In this document: one piece after another, positions 44,985 to 60,129 of the stretch
How the letters are laid out: every line of letters starts with the position of its first letter
Numbering within the stretch: the first letter of the stretch is position 1
Origin: Styela clava
Lineage: Eukaryota
Assembly (NCBI RefSeq): GCF_964204865.1
Contig: NC_135256.1
Span: 14,198,001 to 14,262,000, forward strand
Length of the DNA stretch: 64,000 nt
Direction: 5' to 3'
The notes under the pieces: model-generated
Seen by the model: only the letters and a program-made list of their open reading frames with translations
What the model was told of the DNA's origin: nothing
The model's database searches: none
Made by a program: the position numbers and the translations under genes

Positions 44985-47900
44985 ATGTTGGGTTCGTGTG
45001 AAACCTCTCAAGATAATGCTTCCGCTGAAGTAGAGTCTGATAAAACTTTACATATTTCATCTGTGGATCCATCTTTACATCACACTCGTTACAATGTAAG
45101 AAGCCGGTATGAATTTGTAAAAACTTTGGGTAAAGGAACTTATGGAAAAGTGAAGTTGGCAATAGAACGAGACACGGGAAGAAAGGTAAATTGCATAGTT
45201 ATTTACTGTCATGAACTTTAGTCAATGCTCTATGCACTATATATTGAAATATTGATATAATTTTGATACTGGTATTGCTATCAATGATGATAACACACAT
45301 TTGAATGATAATTTTTAATAGGACAAATAAGAAAAATATTAACATAACATTAACAATTGTTTGAAGCGAGATAATATTTTTAAGTGTATGGCGGATATCT
45401 CAAAGCTTTATTTAAAATATAATATAACCAACATTTTTTTTTATATGGGAAATTATGATTTAAATTAAAGTGAACTAACATTGGTAGGTTTATTAACATT
45501 ACCAGAAATCAAAATTATGATTCAGGTTCTCAGAATATCAAGTTTTATATTGTAAAACCCATTGATGATATGCCTTGTGGCTTGTATTAAAGTGGAAAGA
45601 AAGGTTTATGTCCCGGAAGTTTATAGTTACAATTTAATTATGCACCGGCAGAACTCAGAATGGCTTAACTGATGTTATTTTGTTGATCTATTGAACTCCT
45701 TGAGGATTAAATCATAATCTGATCAGAAAGTTGTACAGACATCTGTGTCTGGTCTTATCCCACTTGTTTTTTTGCCTTGGGCAAGCTCATTTTTATTAAA
45801 GTTGATTTGTGAGTGATGACTAAATCGTAATTGTGTGAACAATAATTATATTTTAATTTCTATGTTTACTTTGGTGTAATTTAAACTCTGTGTGGAATAT
45901 CATAGATAAGATCATAGAAATTTGTTCCCATATACCAAATATACTTCACTTGCCACTAGTGAAGATTCACTAACTCTTTTGTATCGAACTAGCTATCAAT
46001 CAACAGGTTCATTTCAGAAAATATTTCCAAACTTATAGTTCTAAACCACGATCGGGTTCGCTCATAACGACATTCTAAGAATTTTTTCCCCAGGATCTCA
46101 CAAATGTTTAAATACGCTCTGATTCATTAAATATATTATTGGGCTAGGATTGAATTCATATATAAATTACTGAATGTTCTGTATAAACTATCCAATGGAA
46201 TTAATGTACGGTAACTTATATGCTTTATCATGGCATGGCCCATAGATTGGGAAAAGAAAATCAGATATATATTTACCGTAAGTATATTGTAAAATTATGT
46301 ATTATGGGCAATATGTATTATTCTAATTTATTTCTCCAGTGTCATTGTGGTATTGGAGTCATGAAACCATAGAAATTAACGAATATATAAAATTATCTTA
46401 CTCTTTTCATCAATGCGGGCAAGAGTATTTTGTAAACAGAATATGTTATTTTAATTAATTTCTCTTGTGTCATTGTGGTATTGCATTAGGTTGTAAATAC
46501 TGCTTTTGTGGTCAGACAATGCGAAATTCGCTCAATGTCAAGCATGGACATTCTATTCAATGATATTACAATTATCACGGTTTTAGCAATGACTCTCATG
46601 GACTCATTCCCTAGATACTGTGACATTTACCATGCATAATAACAAGACCTCAATACTATCGATCTGCTATCATGCTGACATATACTGCATCTAAACTATT
46701 CCCTTGCCAGTTGAATGAAGTTAATGAATGTACCCTATTTGGTGTTTAGGAATTGGTTATGTTAAACACTGGTGGGGGTGTGGTCTCCATAAGCAAATGC
46801 ATTGTGTACTTTGATATATCTTTTATTGCCTTTAGTTTTCAAAGTTTTGGGTTGGGAATGCCACCTAAGCTAATGATTGTCAAAGTACAATTTAATTATG
46901 TGTATATGTATCCATCCGCTGGTTGTTCATGCGACATAACACTCATAGGAATGGGAAATTTTTTTAATCAGAAATGTGGAAAATTTAGCTATTGTCAATT
47001 GTATTTATAAATACCTATCCCAATTCCCAAATTTCGCTTTTTTAGTATACTGGCGTGTATTTTAGTCGTCTCAAATTACTATAGGTTCCAACCAAGGTTT
47101 GCCTGTTTTTCTCTATGCTGATTGCTTTCTCACGAATAGTTTTAGTCCCCTTACAAATCTACATTTACATGATTTTAGTATAGGGTAAATCGCCCTTAGC
47201 TCACAAAAAATGGGTGTAAAGAATAGTTGCATAACATGTGGTCGTAAATCTTTTATGATGTCATAATTCCACCCAAACATATGTATTTCATGCAGTTATT
47301 GTTTACGATAAGAAATTAAAAATTCTTCCTGCTATGATAGTATCATATAAATTTCAAGTTAATCCAGTTGCTTACGAAATAATTTCTAAATCTTACTGTG
47401 TATAGTAAAGTATAGTGTGATTTTGAAATGTAACTTGAAAACGAAAATTTTTTTCTTATATTAGGGCATTTGAAATCAGAAACATGAGAAACTTGCTTCA
47501 AGTTCGCCTTGCTTTTGAATCTATCTTTTTATTGTATTTCGTTAGGTTTGTGGAGACGTTGTTCGTAGTGAAAGTTGGAATTACTGTATTAAACCTTGTA
47601 ATGATATTGATTTTTGAAATTGAAGCCAAGTTCTCTCAGTAGTGTTTATTGGAAATTCTTGAAGCAATTGTTTATCCCACGCTCCAGTTAATTACAATTC
47701 TGTAGGGAAATCTTATATAAAAATATTATTTAGATATGTGATACAACAAAATTGTTTTGCCCCATGGATTTGAAACTATAGTTCATTCAGGTTCGATTTC
47801 TTTATGATATTATGTAATTTAACCTTGTAACCAACAGCATGTAATACTTTCTCTTTGATGTTTGTCATATGTCAAGTGTACATTGCTGTTTGTCACCTTG

Positions 47901-50900
47901 GTAATGTAGTTATTTTCCGTGTTTATGATGATCACAAGAAGTCGTTTTAACACATTTTATCCAAGGTCTTTGTTGTTAAATTAAGCACAACTTAAACAGA
48001 AAATTTGAATGGTCAAAGGTAGCAGATGATGATAATAATTTGATAACAATACACCCGGTTATTAGTACTGTTTGTTCAGTACTTAAACACCTTAAAATTG
48101 CGATGAACATCGGGAATAGTTCTATTTTTGGAGTAACTTCAGATCTCAAAACTAATTGCTATTATTGTCATCGTACAACAATACCACTCGTAAAATCAAC
48201 CTAGTCGTTTTTCGTTCCTTTATTCACAGTCATTCATATTATTATTATTATGTGGTCGCGGTTGGCAACCATCGCACGCTGAAAAGCGAGACAAAAGTGT
48301 CTCTGTTACGTCACGTAACTCGGACGTGCTTGAACCCAACCCGACCTTACCGCGCTTCGTCGCCCCCGCCTAAAACGGATTCGTTTGAGATAAATAATGA
48401 ATTAATAATATTCAAGGATATTCAATCGATCGATTTATTAAATGAATTTATTACGATTGACCCATACCGTGAAATACTTTGAAATTGAAGCATCTGAGAG
48501 TTGCTGCTTTTTCCCTCGCATAATACCTGACTAAAATAGATAGAAACATTCCACAAGAGTCACTGCAAGGACAAATTGGTATACCGGTAGTAGAAATCTG
48601 GTATTTGAATCAGTTGAAAAAAGGGGAAAAATTTTATCTGGAGTGGGATCTACTGAATCAACAAATTTATTACCCCTTATGTTTCTGTGTTCACAGCGAT
48701 TACATGGATGCAGGGTACAAAATTGGGAAACACCATTCGATATTACGAACTTGTGCATTTCATTTATAAAGAATGTTTTAAAATCAATCATGATATTGGT
48801 TATCTAAATTTCATTATCGCGCAATTTGGTACGAACCAACCTTCGCGTATCTGAAAAGGAAAAATGCTTACGTGAATTAGTAATACATTACACTTCCATT
48901 ATATTGTTTCTTTGTTTTCTCAAGCGTTTGTCGTGTTATGCATAGCACCCATTGTGCTTTTGACTTAGCATATGCATAGTCATCAATGTTTACAATAGAT
49001 AGATAAGATATATATCACGCTTGCAATAAAAAAAAGTCCCGCGGCCGCAAATGTCATCCCGTGTATTTAATAATTTATTTCTTCCGCGTTACCTAAAATG
49101 AAATTAGTGTCGAAACATATTTAAATAGGGTGTGGGCCAAATATGTTTACCAACGAAACAAAAATCAATATTTTAGACTGTTGTGCACAGAAAGTGAGTT
49201 CGTTTTTTCGTAATGACGTTGGATTGAGTAGAAAATGGATGAAAAACAACAATTATTGTGCCTCGCGCGTTTTGTGTTTATTTTTAATTACAGTTGTTGT
49301 CATTCTGAACGCGGAAACACCGACCTAAAATGAATTGTGTCATGTCATGACCTACCGGTATATGATGAAAATATAGAAATATGGGACATTTGGAAAGCAA
49401 ATGCTCTGTTTACATTGAATAAAGAATTCGAAATATTCTTAAATTAATTCTCCACCGACTAGTAGATGGTGACTGTGCCAACTTTGTCTCAGATATATCG
49501 GAAGTGAATCCTAATTGTGAAAGCTTTCAAGTCGAATTCACAAATTTTCACCTATGAAGAGAAATAATATTTTGGTTACTATAGTAATTTTACAAAGAAA
49601 AGGGGAAATTATTGGCCATCTTTTGCAAAAATTTCCAGGAAAAAAAAGATTTTGTGGTTTCTGTGGTCTTTTTACATATGAACAAGAAATAGCCTTTATT
49701 TCCATCTTTTGTTATGAAACGGCGATGTCCGTGGCGCCTAAAATACGTTATCAATTTTCATTAACCCATTGTTGGCCCTTAAATAATTAAAATGTAAATT
49801 TTTTTTTTGATGTTCCGTAAGATATGTATAGTGTCCAGTGTCCAGCAATGTTTCATATTCCCAGTCAAACACACAATTCACCATCAGCCTGTTTTTGTAC
49901 CAGTTCATTCCATATACATACACCTGCTTTAAAGTGGTATTCAGTTTCATTTCTGTAATAACGCTATACCCCGAACAAAGCCATTCGGCGACTTACGAAT
50001 TCCGCACGCCATTGTTGAGCGTATCTTTAAAATCAAAAAAGCCTTTTAAATGCGATTTTATTATTCGTTTGTTTTTTTGGCATAGGTGATTCGAGGATAT
50101 CATAATTTCTACTTATGCTTCGGCGTGTATTGTCCTGGCTTCCCATAGCATTTAGGAAATTCCTTTTACAGCATGTTTTGTTAAATAACATTCATCTCCG
50201 GTGGTTCCGACAAATTACGTGCCAATGGCGCGCAGGCGGTATAGTCGAACACTACATGATCTTCCGTGAAAATCAGAAATAGACTCGACCAGTGACAAAC
50301 ACTTCTCGGATTCCTCTATAATCGATAATATAGACTCGATTTTTGCGTCAGGAATGTGGTGGCGGTTTTATTCGAAATACGTTTGCACTCATTTATCGAT
50401 CGGCCTGTCCTTTTGACAAAAGTAATTTATTCCGCTGTGAACTTACTCGATATTGCTTTGATACGTTTTCAGCTGCCCAATAGCGCGTGATATGACGACT
50501 CTTTGAGTGTAATGGAATGGTAACGCGTGGGCGCTGAGTTTCCTATATGGTGATTGTTGTGAAACTTCGTTTTACTATTCATTTCAATATCACATATTTC
50601 AAATCCTATTATAAGAAGACAAAAAATTATGATACACTCACAATGCTATCGTGTTCTGATAACTTTTTATCCCCCAAAGTGACTTTGACCGCCCGAATTT
50701 GAAAACCACTTTTAAGTGCATTATTTTTGTAAATTATGTAGGTTGATGCTTATAGTACTTTACCCAAACTAGGAATAAAAAATCACTATTTTATCGACCT
50801 GTTATTTCCAAAATCCTATATTCACACCTAATTTTTATTGAATTGCGATATGAAACCAGTGCCTTGTATATTCATCATCACTTGGGTGTAATGCGTTTTT

Positions 50901-53900
50901 GCCACTTATACCCCTAATACCAATAACAAAATTATCACCTCTGTCGTCGGCAATACAGCTTCGATGTAGCGCCGACGTTTGATCGTCGTAGGCACAGTTC
51001 CGCATAAATGTCATTCACATATACCTATTATTGTTGTTTGAAATGTATCGCCACGAACCAATTTCCCATCGTAAAAGCGGTGATACTGTGTCATTATCAC
51101 AGCACCTTCACTATCTATTACTCCCGCTTATTGCATTGTGTTCCATTTCTGAATATTTCACAGGTTGATTGTTAAATTAACAACTGTTGAATATGGAAAA
51201 CTCTACTGCTGTTCTAAAATCTATTACAGGTCTATTTTAACGATTTGAATGGTTGTTATTGTGTCATTAGAACAACTGGGACAGCTGTTTACTGCTTGTT
51301 TTATTTCCTATTACCATAATATGTTTGTTAATCTTATTCTCATGTAAGTAAATTGGCCATTGGTGCTCTTAATTTGCATATAATGAGGGTTTTGATTGCG
51401 GTAGACCAACGTATTTGTCTCTTATTAGTGAATCGTTTTAATTCAAATATGTATATATCGAAAATAACATTAAACACATTCTATTATTAGTCTATTGTGG
51501 TGCATTCACTTTGAATATGATCGTGTGCACATTCCCCACTATTTTTCGACCTCAAACTTGAAAAACATTCCATTGAAGGCCGTCTCTAATGTACGTGACG
51601 TCAATGTCGCCCAGCAGTATCTACAATCTTTTATCTATCTGGTGACATGCCATCGCAACATTAAGACTCGCAATTATGTGTTTTGACGTCATCGCTGTTT
51701 TGAATATTAAAATTACGATGTTACCTGCATTGAGAAAACAGACCGTTGTACCTGGTAAATGCCAGAATCCTTAATCTATTGTCATTGACTTGTATTGACC
51801 CCGTTTTTCCAGTATACAATGCAAGTGCTCATTTTGACTTTTCTACTTTTAAAAAATCAGTTTCTCATTTCATATGAGTCACTGTCTGAGTCTTCGTACA
51901 CTCGCGCAATACTGTATTTCGAGTTTTTTTTTTTTGCGTGGCCGTGTTTCATGAAGAAAACTACCATGTATAAAAATATCCAGGAATAGTGCATTGGATT
52001 AAGATTTACAGAAAAGAAAGCCTGTATTCGACTTTTAATTGTTCACAGGTTTGCCACTCGTACACTGACGAGTTCCAATAAATTACATTTTCTTCCTATA
52101 GTAATGCGTCGCAGACTTGTTACTCAGCACGGGTGATTTTTGCATTAGCTGTTGCGGCAATGCCGCATTTTTCACAGTTCACGCATTCGAGAGAAGTGAG
52201 ACGGGTTCGTTTTCATCCCCCGTCGATCTCCTTCCTCAGGGCGTCTTAATAAGTTCATAAGTTTGTTCTCGAACTTGCGTTTCTGGAATTTCTTCGACAG
52301 ACACGAGGTCAAATACTGGCACGCCAACCAGTAAAAAAATATTCTAGAATTTGTCTTTGCAGTTACTTACGACTACGAGGTACTATCCCCGTTATTCTCC
52401 CATCATTGATTTTCGATTATTTTTTTTTTATTCGATTTTTTTTATCTTTGCTTAGACAAAGATAAGTTGCTTTAGGTTAGGTTATTGTCCCAATTTCAAA
52501 TTTATCCTGACCCAATTCTAATGAACAAATAGTCGAAGCAATAAAAATATAGCGCCAGTTTCGTTTAATCAAATTATCAATAATTTGCGGCGGAATCACG
52601 ATATGTCATTTTCAATAACATGTCTTCGTCGTAACTTCTTTCAATACTAATTAGTAATTATATTTATATTCGTTTTTCTAAAAGCTATCCCTATGTACGG
52701 ATTTAAATGCAGGAAATTACTAGTGTCAGTCATGAAATTTGTTAATTGAAAGTATGCCAATATTTGTCGAACGTACGATTTTTTATTTTGGCTAAATGAA
52801 ACCAACTGGGTGCCAGATTTAATATCGTATGCTAGTAGGTTTAGGCCGCTCGAAATCAGAACAAGGAAATACCGCTGCAACACTATACAGTACACAATTA
52901 TGCATACAGTGGAATTAAAAAGTAGAAACATAGTTATTAGGTAATCGTTTCCCCATATGACACCGACACAAAAAACTATTTTAATCGTTGTTAAAAATAT
53001 ACCAAAAATTTTAATGAATTGGCGTCAAATCGTTTTGAATGTGAAAGTAAATAGCCGGTAGTTAAATAGGAGTTTGTATCCTATTCATAAGGTCCTTTTA
53101 TTAATTGGGACATGTTTTTGTGAAATAATTTGATTCCGCGTTTTGTTGTCTGCCTACGCGTCCATTTGTCCCAGAGTGAAAGCGCTCGCAATTTAATGAT
53201 CATTTTCCAAATGTGGGATTACAACAAAATCACCCCTTGAGGTCGAATTATCTATTCCCCGTTCTTGGTCGATGTGTGTGCTGCTTTTAATGGTCTCTTT
53301 TGTTACATATGTAGGAAGGCATCATTGTTATTGTAGCTATTAATACATTGTATTCATAAGAGCTTGTTAGCGTATTGGGATAAGCGGGCTAATAAAAACC
53401 AAATTCCTCGGAAGAGCGAGCAATAACAGAATGTTGGTATTTCCGGACGAGACTAGAAAACGACCACTTGTGTCGAAAATCCGTCATTAACAGAAGAATA
53501 GTATTTCCCTTGAAAGAAGTCCATTAAAAGATTACAGATGTGCTTATAATTTTACAGTACATAATTGGTGGGAGTATGAGGTTCGTCAATATATCGTGAG
53601 ACTTTTTCTGGTCGCACATGGATTCGGAAGAAGTCCACAGAACAGCTTGTCCACAATTGTTTTAGCTGGCTTTTTCATCTTGGAATAATTCGTAGCTTTG
53701 ACAGTTCATTTTGTGACTTTCTATGTTGTAATCCAATTCACTTAGTAAATAATAGAATATTTTTTTTTCATAATCATTAGGCTATACGAAAATTAAGCAC
53801 TTTTGCCTTTCTCCACCCTTACATTAATCACCATTTGTTTAATATTTTATGCCCTTTTGCCATTGAAAAGTGTCCGTTTCTCCTATTCGCGACCCCGTTT

Positions 53901-56900
53901 CGTAACAGTTTTCGTTGTACGTAAGGACGTAAACACCATATTAGGCTCGCCCAACCGTCTACCTCGTCGCGTTTATTATGCGTCTTGTAACCATTACCAG
54001 GTTGACGTAATCGCGCTGCTAAGGTAAACAACGTCCTCGGGTCAAACGGGTTCATAAACATGTGACGCATTTTGCTCTCAAACTTATTTATGCGTTTCCG
54101 AGATTCCAATTACTTAGGCGTCAAAACCTGTTTAGGCTAATTCAATTTAACCAAGTAGTTTTGCTGGAATATTTATTATCCTCTGAAATTTAGCTTTGCT
54201 ACCGAACATTCAGTGTACACAAGAACGGTGATCGGAATTTACCTGCAACTCAGTTATGGGGGTTTCCTTTTCTCACACAGAAGCTTTCATTAGCTTTTAT
54301 ATACGATCATAAATTTGATGTCTACAATAAAGCCTTGATTTGAAATCTTGCATGTTCATTTCGGAGTTGTTTTGTTATTCATAGTACGTATAAATTATGT
54401 TATATTGATATCTCATTCACCAAAGTTCATAAATACAGCAGTTCCCATTCTGTAATGCAATCATTCAAATAGCAATTATTTATGATATAAATGGGAAGTA
54501 TTGGGGAAGTGTCAGCACTCATGTTGCTTCATTTTATTACACTAAATTACAGCTGATTCAAGAAACGTGACGTACAAACCCGTTTCTTTATAGTTCGCAT
54601 GATTTAGTGCGATTTCAGCTTAATTATGCTGTATTGATAACGAACCTGTGCACTTTTGAACCCATGGACATTTGCAGCCACAGATTTTAGTTCCGACGTA
54701 TAGATTGCGCCGATGGATATTTGTACCAATGGACGTTAGATGAGAGCAACTACTAATTTACAACAACAATAAATATTGCCTTTTCTGGGTGATGACTTTT
54801 CAACGTTGTGTTAGTTTATCAATAAGTTTATAACACTGTTGGGTGTTGGTACTGAATTTAAACTAGAAAATTTTTATGTACCACTTTAACATCCTATTGT
54901 CCACTTCATTGAATTCAAATCTTTATTTCAGTTTGCTGTGAAATCGATTCGCAAGGATCGAATCAAAGGCAAGAAAGATATGAAACATATCAGAAGAGAA
55001 ATGAAAATAATGTCTTCACTTCATCATCCAAATATCATTCAAATACACGAAGGTAATTTTAGAATATATCCTACTTATCATATAAAAAGGACTGTAACTA
55101 CTTTAGAGCTGTGCTTCCAGTTTTACCTGATACTCCACTTTCAGTATAGATTATAGAAGAACGGATTTTTATTCCATTGTTTTCATTATGCTTGGCAAAA
55201 GGATGACTTCACTGGTAACCCAATTGGTTAATATAATATATTAAATATATGTCATCATCATTGCGATTTTTTGTTTTTGTTTTTTGATTAATATGATTTA
55301 TAATCATAATTTCCATCTTTTTATGGGTTGAATTAGTCTGGGACTGGCATGTTTGTTTGATTGAAAGTTTCCGTATATGGTCTGTGTGTTGTAATAATTG
55401 AGAATTCCAAATGTGTTATCTTTTATTATTCAAACAGACACTCGCCGCCTTGACTAATATCATTAGGCAAGCCCATGTTTGTTTCCAGTTCCGACTGCAA
55501 AACGCACGACATTGCGTTCTGTTTTGATACTGTACTAATATTATTACGCTCTTGTTCCGTAATTGTGCGTTTGTAATCGATATTTGAGTGGTGTTTGGCT
55601 GCGATCGTTTTACTTGTTGCGTTAAACGAGGTCGTGGGCTACATGACGACAAACGGATAATTTTGAAGTGTCAAGTGTCCTTCGTCGTCACAAAAATATT
55701 TTTGTCGTTCCCAACTCGGCAATTTAACTGTCGCTAGCTCTCGACCTGTCATATTGCATCAGTATTATTATAGGACGTGTTCAGTTAGATTTTTCATATC
55801 GATATAACGAGATCAAAGCCGGCGTTTTTGGCGCGGTGAAATTGGGTTCGCTCTGATAAAACATCACAAACAAATGAAGTTTGTCACTTCTTGAATTTTG
55901 CATATGAATTTTTTATGGGGTGTATTGTCCGATTGGATGAAAAGTAAGCTTCTTTAAGACGGTCTTTGTTTTTCGATTGGTTTTTTCGTGTAACCTACTT
56001 TTTACACTTTCCTATTTTATATCAGGTACCAAGTATAGATATGGGTTCTTTTGTACAAAGCCCCCGCCGCCAATGGAAAAATGAGGTTTAAGTAAAACAC
56101 CCCCGCCACTTTTTAAAATAAAAAATCAGCGATTGCATATTTATAATTAGGGTTAGGAATGATTTATAAATTTAAATTTTTAGCACAATCTGCATTCCGA
56201 ACCTTAACCCTAACCGTATAATTACTATATTCGTATTTTGAGCGTCAGCGGTGGTTTTGTACAAAGTTTCCTAGGTTTGATTATGTATATGAGTTATATA
56301 TATTTATTTATTATCTGCTTCGCGTAGCTTTCGTCTGTCGGATCAATGCACGCACCAATGACACAACATTTATCGCGCCACTCGTGACCTGAATGTGAGT
56401 TCAAAAGTAATGGCATGGCATTGCTCCGCTACTCAAGCGAAATTAACACGATGCAATACGATACTGATCTCTTAGATTCGTTCTATCGCCACTTGTATCT
56501 TTTAATGCGACAGGTTTTCAAACAGCGAAAAACCAATGTAATCTGGGCACAACACTGAAAACCGATTGTCTGAAAAGTTGACTCCTAGATCTTGTTTCCT
56601 TTATAAAGTGTAACAATGGACGGCGCCAAAATACGCCTTACTGAGTGAAATTAAATATCGGCTAATTCTGTTTTCAAAGCATTATTGGTAACTCATATTG
56701 GTCCCCCAATTCTACCATTTAATAATTACCCAAGTAAGTTGTATAAAATGTTATTTTATTGTTATCATTAGTATTGATTGTTATTATTTATTAGTATTGT
56801 AATATTTGCCTCAGCATCATTCCAAAGCTGTAATATTTTCGAAATATACATCCAAATACCCCCCAATACACATTTGACAATGTACTGCTAGTCTGCTACT

Positions 56901-59900
56901 TGTTATAACCCCAAAGCGGATTGTGTGGGTATTTGTTGATCCAAGCGAGAGTTTTTGCGTGGGCGAAATTCAAATTGCATTTAGGCGATTTACCGCCGAA
57001 TACACAAACGGAAATGTGTCGCGTCGGTGAGCCACAGTGAATCATTAGGTTGACTACCTGCTGATCACGTGATTTTTGTCAATAAAGCAGGTTGATCCGT
57101 CGCCCATGCCTCGAGTCGCTTTCGCGAATTAAAATTGCTGATCTGAATAACCATAGCTACTCTTTGTTTTGGACTTGTGTTGTCTACTCAATATTATTAG
57201 TCAGCACATTGCGTTACCTTGTCTTGAACTTACCAACGATGTCACCGATACAATACACTTGCACTTGCATAGTTGCATTAATTTCCCAATACTCGAAATG
57301 TGGAATACACAATATAGTTGTGACACAACGTAATACACTATTGCTAGTATCTATTGGTAAGCATTAAAGACGTATTTTGAACTCTGTAAGGTACCCGTTT
57401 CTTTGACGATTTCATGATATGAGCTCGTATTTGTCATATGCTTTCAGAAAGTAGGGTTTCGATTATGGTAATGTTTTAATCCTGGAAGGGGTATTAATTT
57501 TTGCGTTCACCTATTCAATCTGTATTTCCGGTTTGGGGTAGTTATCGCACTAATTTTCGAGGTACATACCCTTGGTATTCTTACTTTACTAATGCAAGGA
57601 TGGCGCAATATAAGTCAATCGCACGTGACGAGCCGAAATCTGTCTTGTGCGTGCGTGGCCAAAAATATGTCTGTATTTTTGAGAAATGTTCCGCTTTGCA
57701 CGATGGAAAATCACGTATTTGAATTTATATCGGTCGATGGCCTTTATCCATTTGAATAATCGATACTTGATTCTAACAAGTGCATTGCGCAACAGTGATC
57801 AGGTGATTGTGAAATTTGAAAGTATGCTTTTCATTTTTGTATTTAAGAATAAAGACACGGGGAGACTTCCTAAATGATCTGATATTGATATATATTCATC
57901 AATTCACGAAACTAATCATAACAGGAAACGTATAGGCTTGCGACCGTTTATAAGTTCAGTGACAAAAATGACGCTTGTTATATCCATACGGTAAAATGTA
58001 TATTATATTTAGCACGTAATGAGCATAAAATCAGTAATCTATGATATACCGGCTATAGTTTTGGGTTATTTTGTCGGAAAACTGTTTTCACCCAATAATT
58101 AAAGATTGCAAATTGTTTAAAATATTGTAGCTTTATTCTCCAGATATTCGTGGCCCATACCTAGAAAAGGTGAATATAATTCTACTAAATGATGCATGTA
58201 TCAATTGTGTACAGGTCGTCTTTATATCACAACACGCTTGCAAGTTCCCAATGACGTCATTGTTGCTGTCATGTGTCGGGTGCATTGTTTCAGTATCATC
58301 GGAATCGCTCCCAATTTAGTCATACCCAATTGTTTATTGTTTACTTTTTCCGTTGTATACGGAATCCTTATGATCTTAATTGACAGGCAGGTAACACCCT
58401 ATTCCCTCTGCTTCCCAGTCACCATGTAAGCATTTCCGCAGTTGATGTGAATGGAATTTATCGAACTCTTTTTCGCGTGAACTATCAATATAAACAACAG
58501 CGAAATGACCTTTCTGATAATGGGTTGGAATCTGCCGCACACGAGATTGTTGCTTACCAACATCATTAACTTCTACACCGGCTATTTTACCGCAAATATT
58601 ACGGTAGCATTAACTTAGTGATACATCGTAAGTTCGTAACATGCATAAGTTGCCAACAATTTTCAAGTGCTCGTATGTCAATATTCGTATGATATATACG
58701 TAAAAACTACGTGTTATTGAACCAGCTGAAACCGGTTTTCTGTTTCGTGAATCAATTTTTAATTACTTTATAGCACAGTTCACGACCACACATCGTGACA
58801 ACTTATTTCATTCGTAACAGTATTCGCGTTACGGAAAATGAATTCGTTTATCTAACCTCAACCTCAATTTATTTTGCAGTTTTTGAAAATCAAGATAAAA
58901 TTGTTATCGTTATGGAATATGCGCCTGGGGGAGAACTGTATGATCACCTAGCAAATAAAATGATAACTTCGGAGGAGGAATCTCGAGTGTTTTTTAAACA
59001 AATAGTGTCTGCCGTTCAATATTGTCATAAGGTATTGTGTGCCATTATTACCCGTCGTTGTCCTGAACTAAATTAAATATTAACTAATTTTGGGGAACCT
59101 ATATGTTTTGTCGGACTATGTCCATATTACCTTTATCCGTATAGGTGAGTTCATAATATTTTCCCCTTTTTGCCCACTTATTCTTAATAGAAAAACATGG
59201 TAACTTGTGCATATACTAGATTCAATACATATTCTTCCCAACTCCGTCAATTAGCTAAATCAATGTAGATCACTAGGAATATGTGTGCCAGGGGAGTGCA
59301 CTTTCGTCGATGTTATTTGTGATATATGCTATATTATATATTTATGCCACAACAAGTTGCAATTGGTGGGATAGTCAACCGATTATTAGTATTCATAGAT
59401 ATTTTGGGGTGCACTACCTTATATATTTCTTGTTTGTTTTGTAGCTTGGTGTCGTCCACAGAGATCTGAAGCTTGAAAATATTCTTCTTGGGGAAAATTT
59501 CCAAATTAAGGTGAGTACAAACATAAAGTCGAAAATTCACTTCACAACTTAGTTTCATGAACATGTTTCCTCTTGTATATTTTGTTACATACCAATGTGT
59601 CATTTATATTGACTTACCTTTCACACTAATAAAAAGCTCTTAGCTGGCTTTCAAATTGCTTCTGTCGAATTTGAACAAGAAAATTCACGTGACGACAAAA
59701 ATACACATACAGGCCCTGATAAGAAAAATTCTTGCAAACAGTGAAGCCCTTACCAAATAACAACTTGAGCAGCTGACGTAATGTTTAAGGTGATTCTGGG
59801 TGAAACGTAACTGGATAATAAAGAACCTTTTGCGATATTGTGATATCACTACATTTAGAACAACACATAGACTGTATCTCTGCTTTTAAACTTGATACTT

Positions 59901-60129
59901 ATGTCACATTTCGGTCTTCATCTCATTCCCAATTCTAGACCAGCGATCACTTCCAATTTTAGGCGAGTGTTAGTGCATTTTGAGTATAGATAAATGTTTT
60001 TTACTACAGATTGCAGACTTCGGTTTAGCGAATATTTTTGAAAGCGGCCAACTTTTAGAAACGTTTTGTGGAAGTCCGCTCTACGCATCACCAGAAATTG
60101 TTAATGGAATTCCTTACGTTGGACCAGAG
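44985..60129 (+). CDS. NUAK1: NUAK family AMPK-related kinase (NUAK1/2 co-ortholog), 5' partial; continues beyond window
   Basis: Exons 44985-45185, 54932-55052, 58880-59031, 59445-59510, 60010-60129. [102 protein letters not shown] are NUAK hallmarks. The window ends in a polypyrimidine tract, consistent with the next acceptor. Confidence 0.95.
56043..56271. mobile_element. MITE in NUAK intron 2
   Basis: Inverted ends GGGTTCTTTTGTACAAAGCCCCCGCCG / CAGCGGTGGTTTTGTACAAAGTTTCC, with internal mirrored TAGGGTTAGG / CCTTAACCCTAA. Confidence 0.65.
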
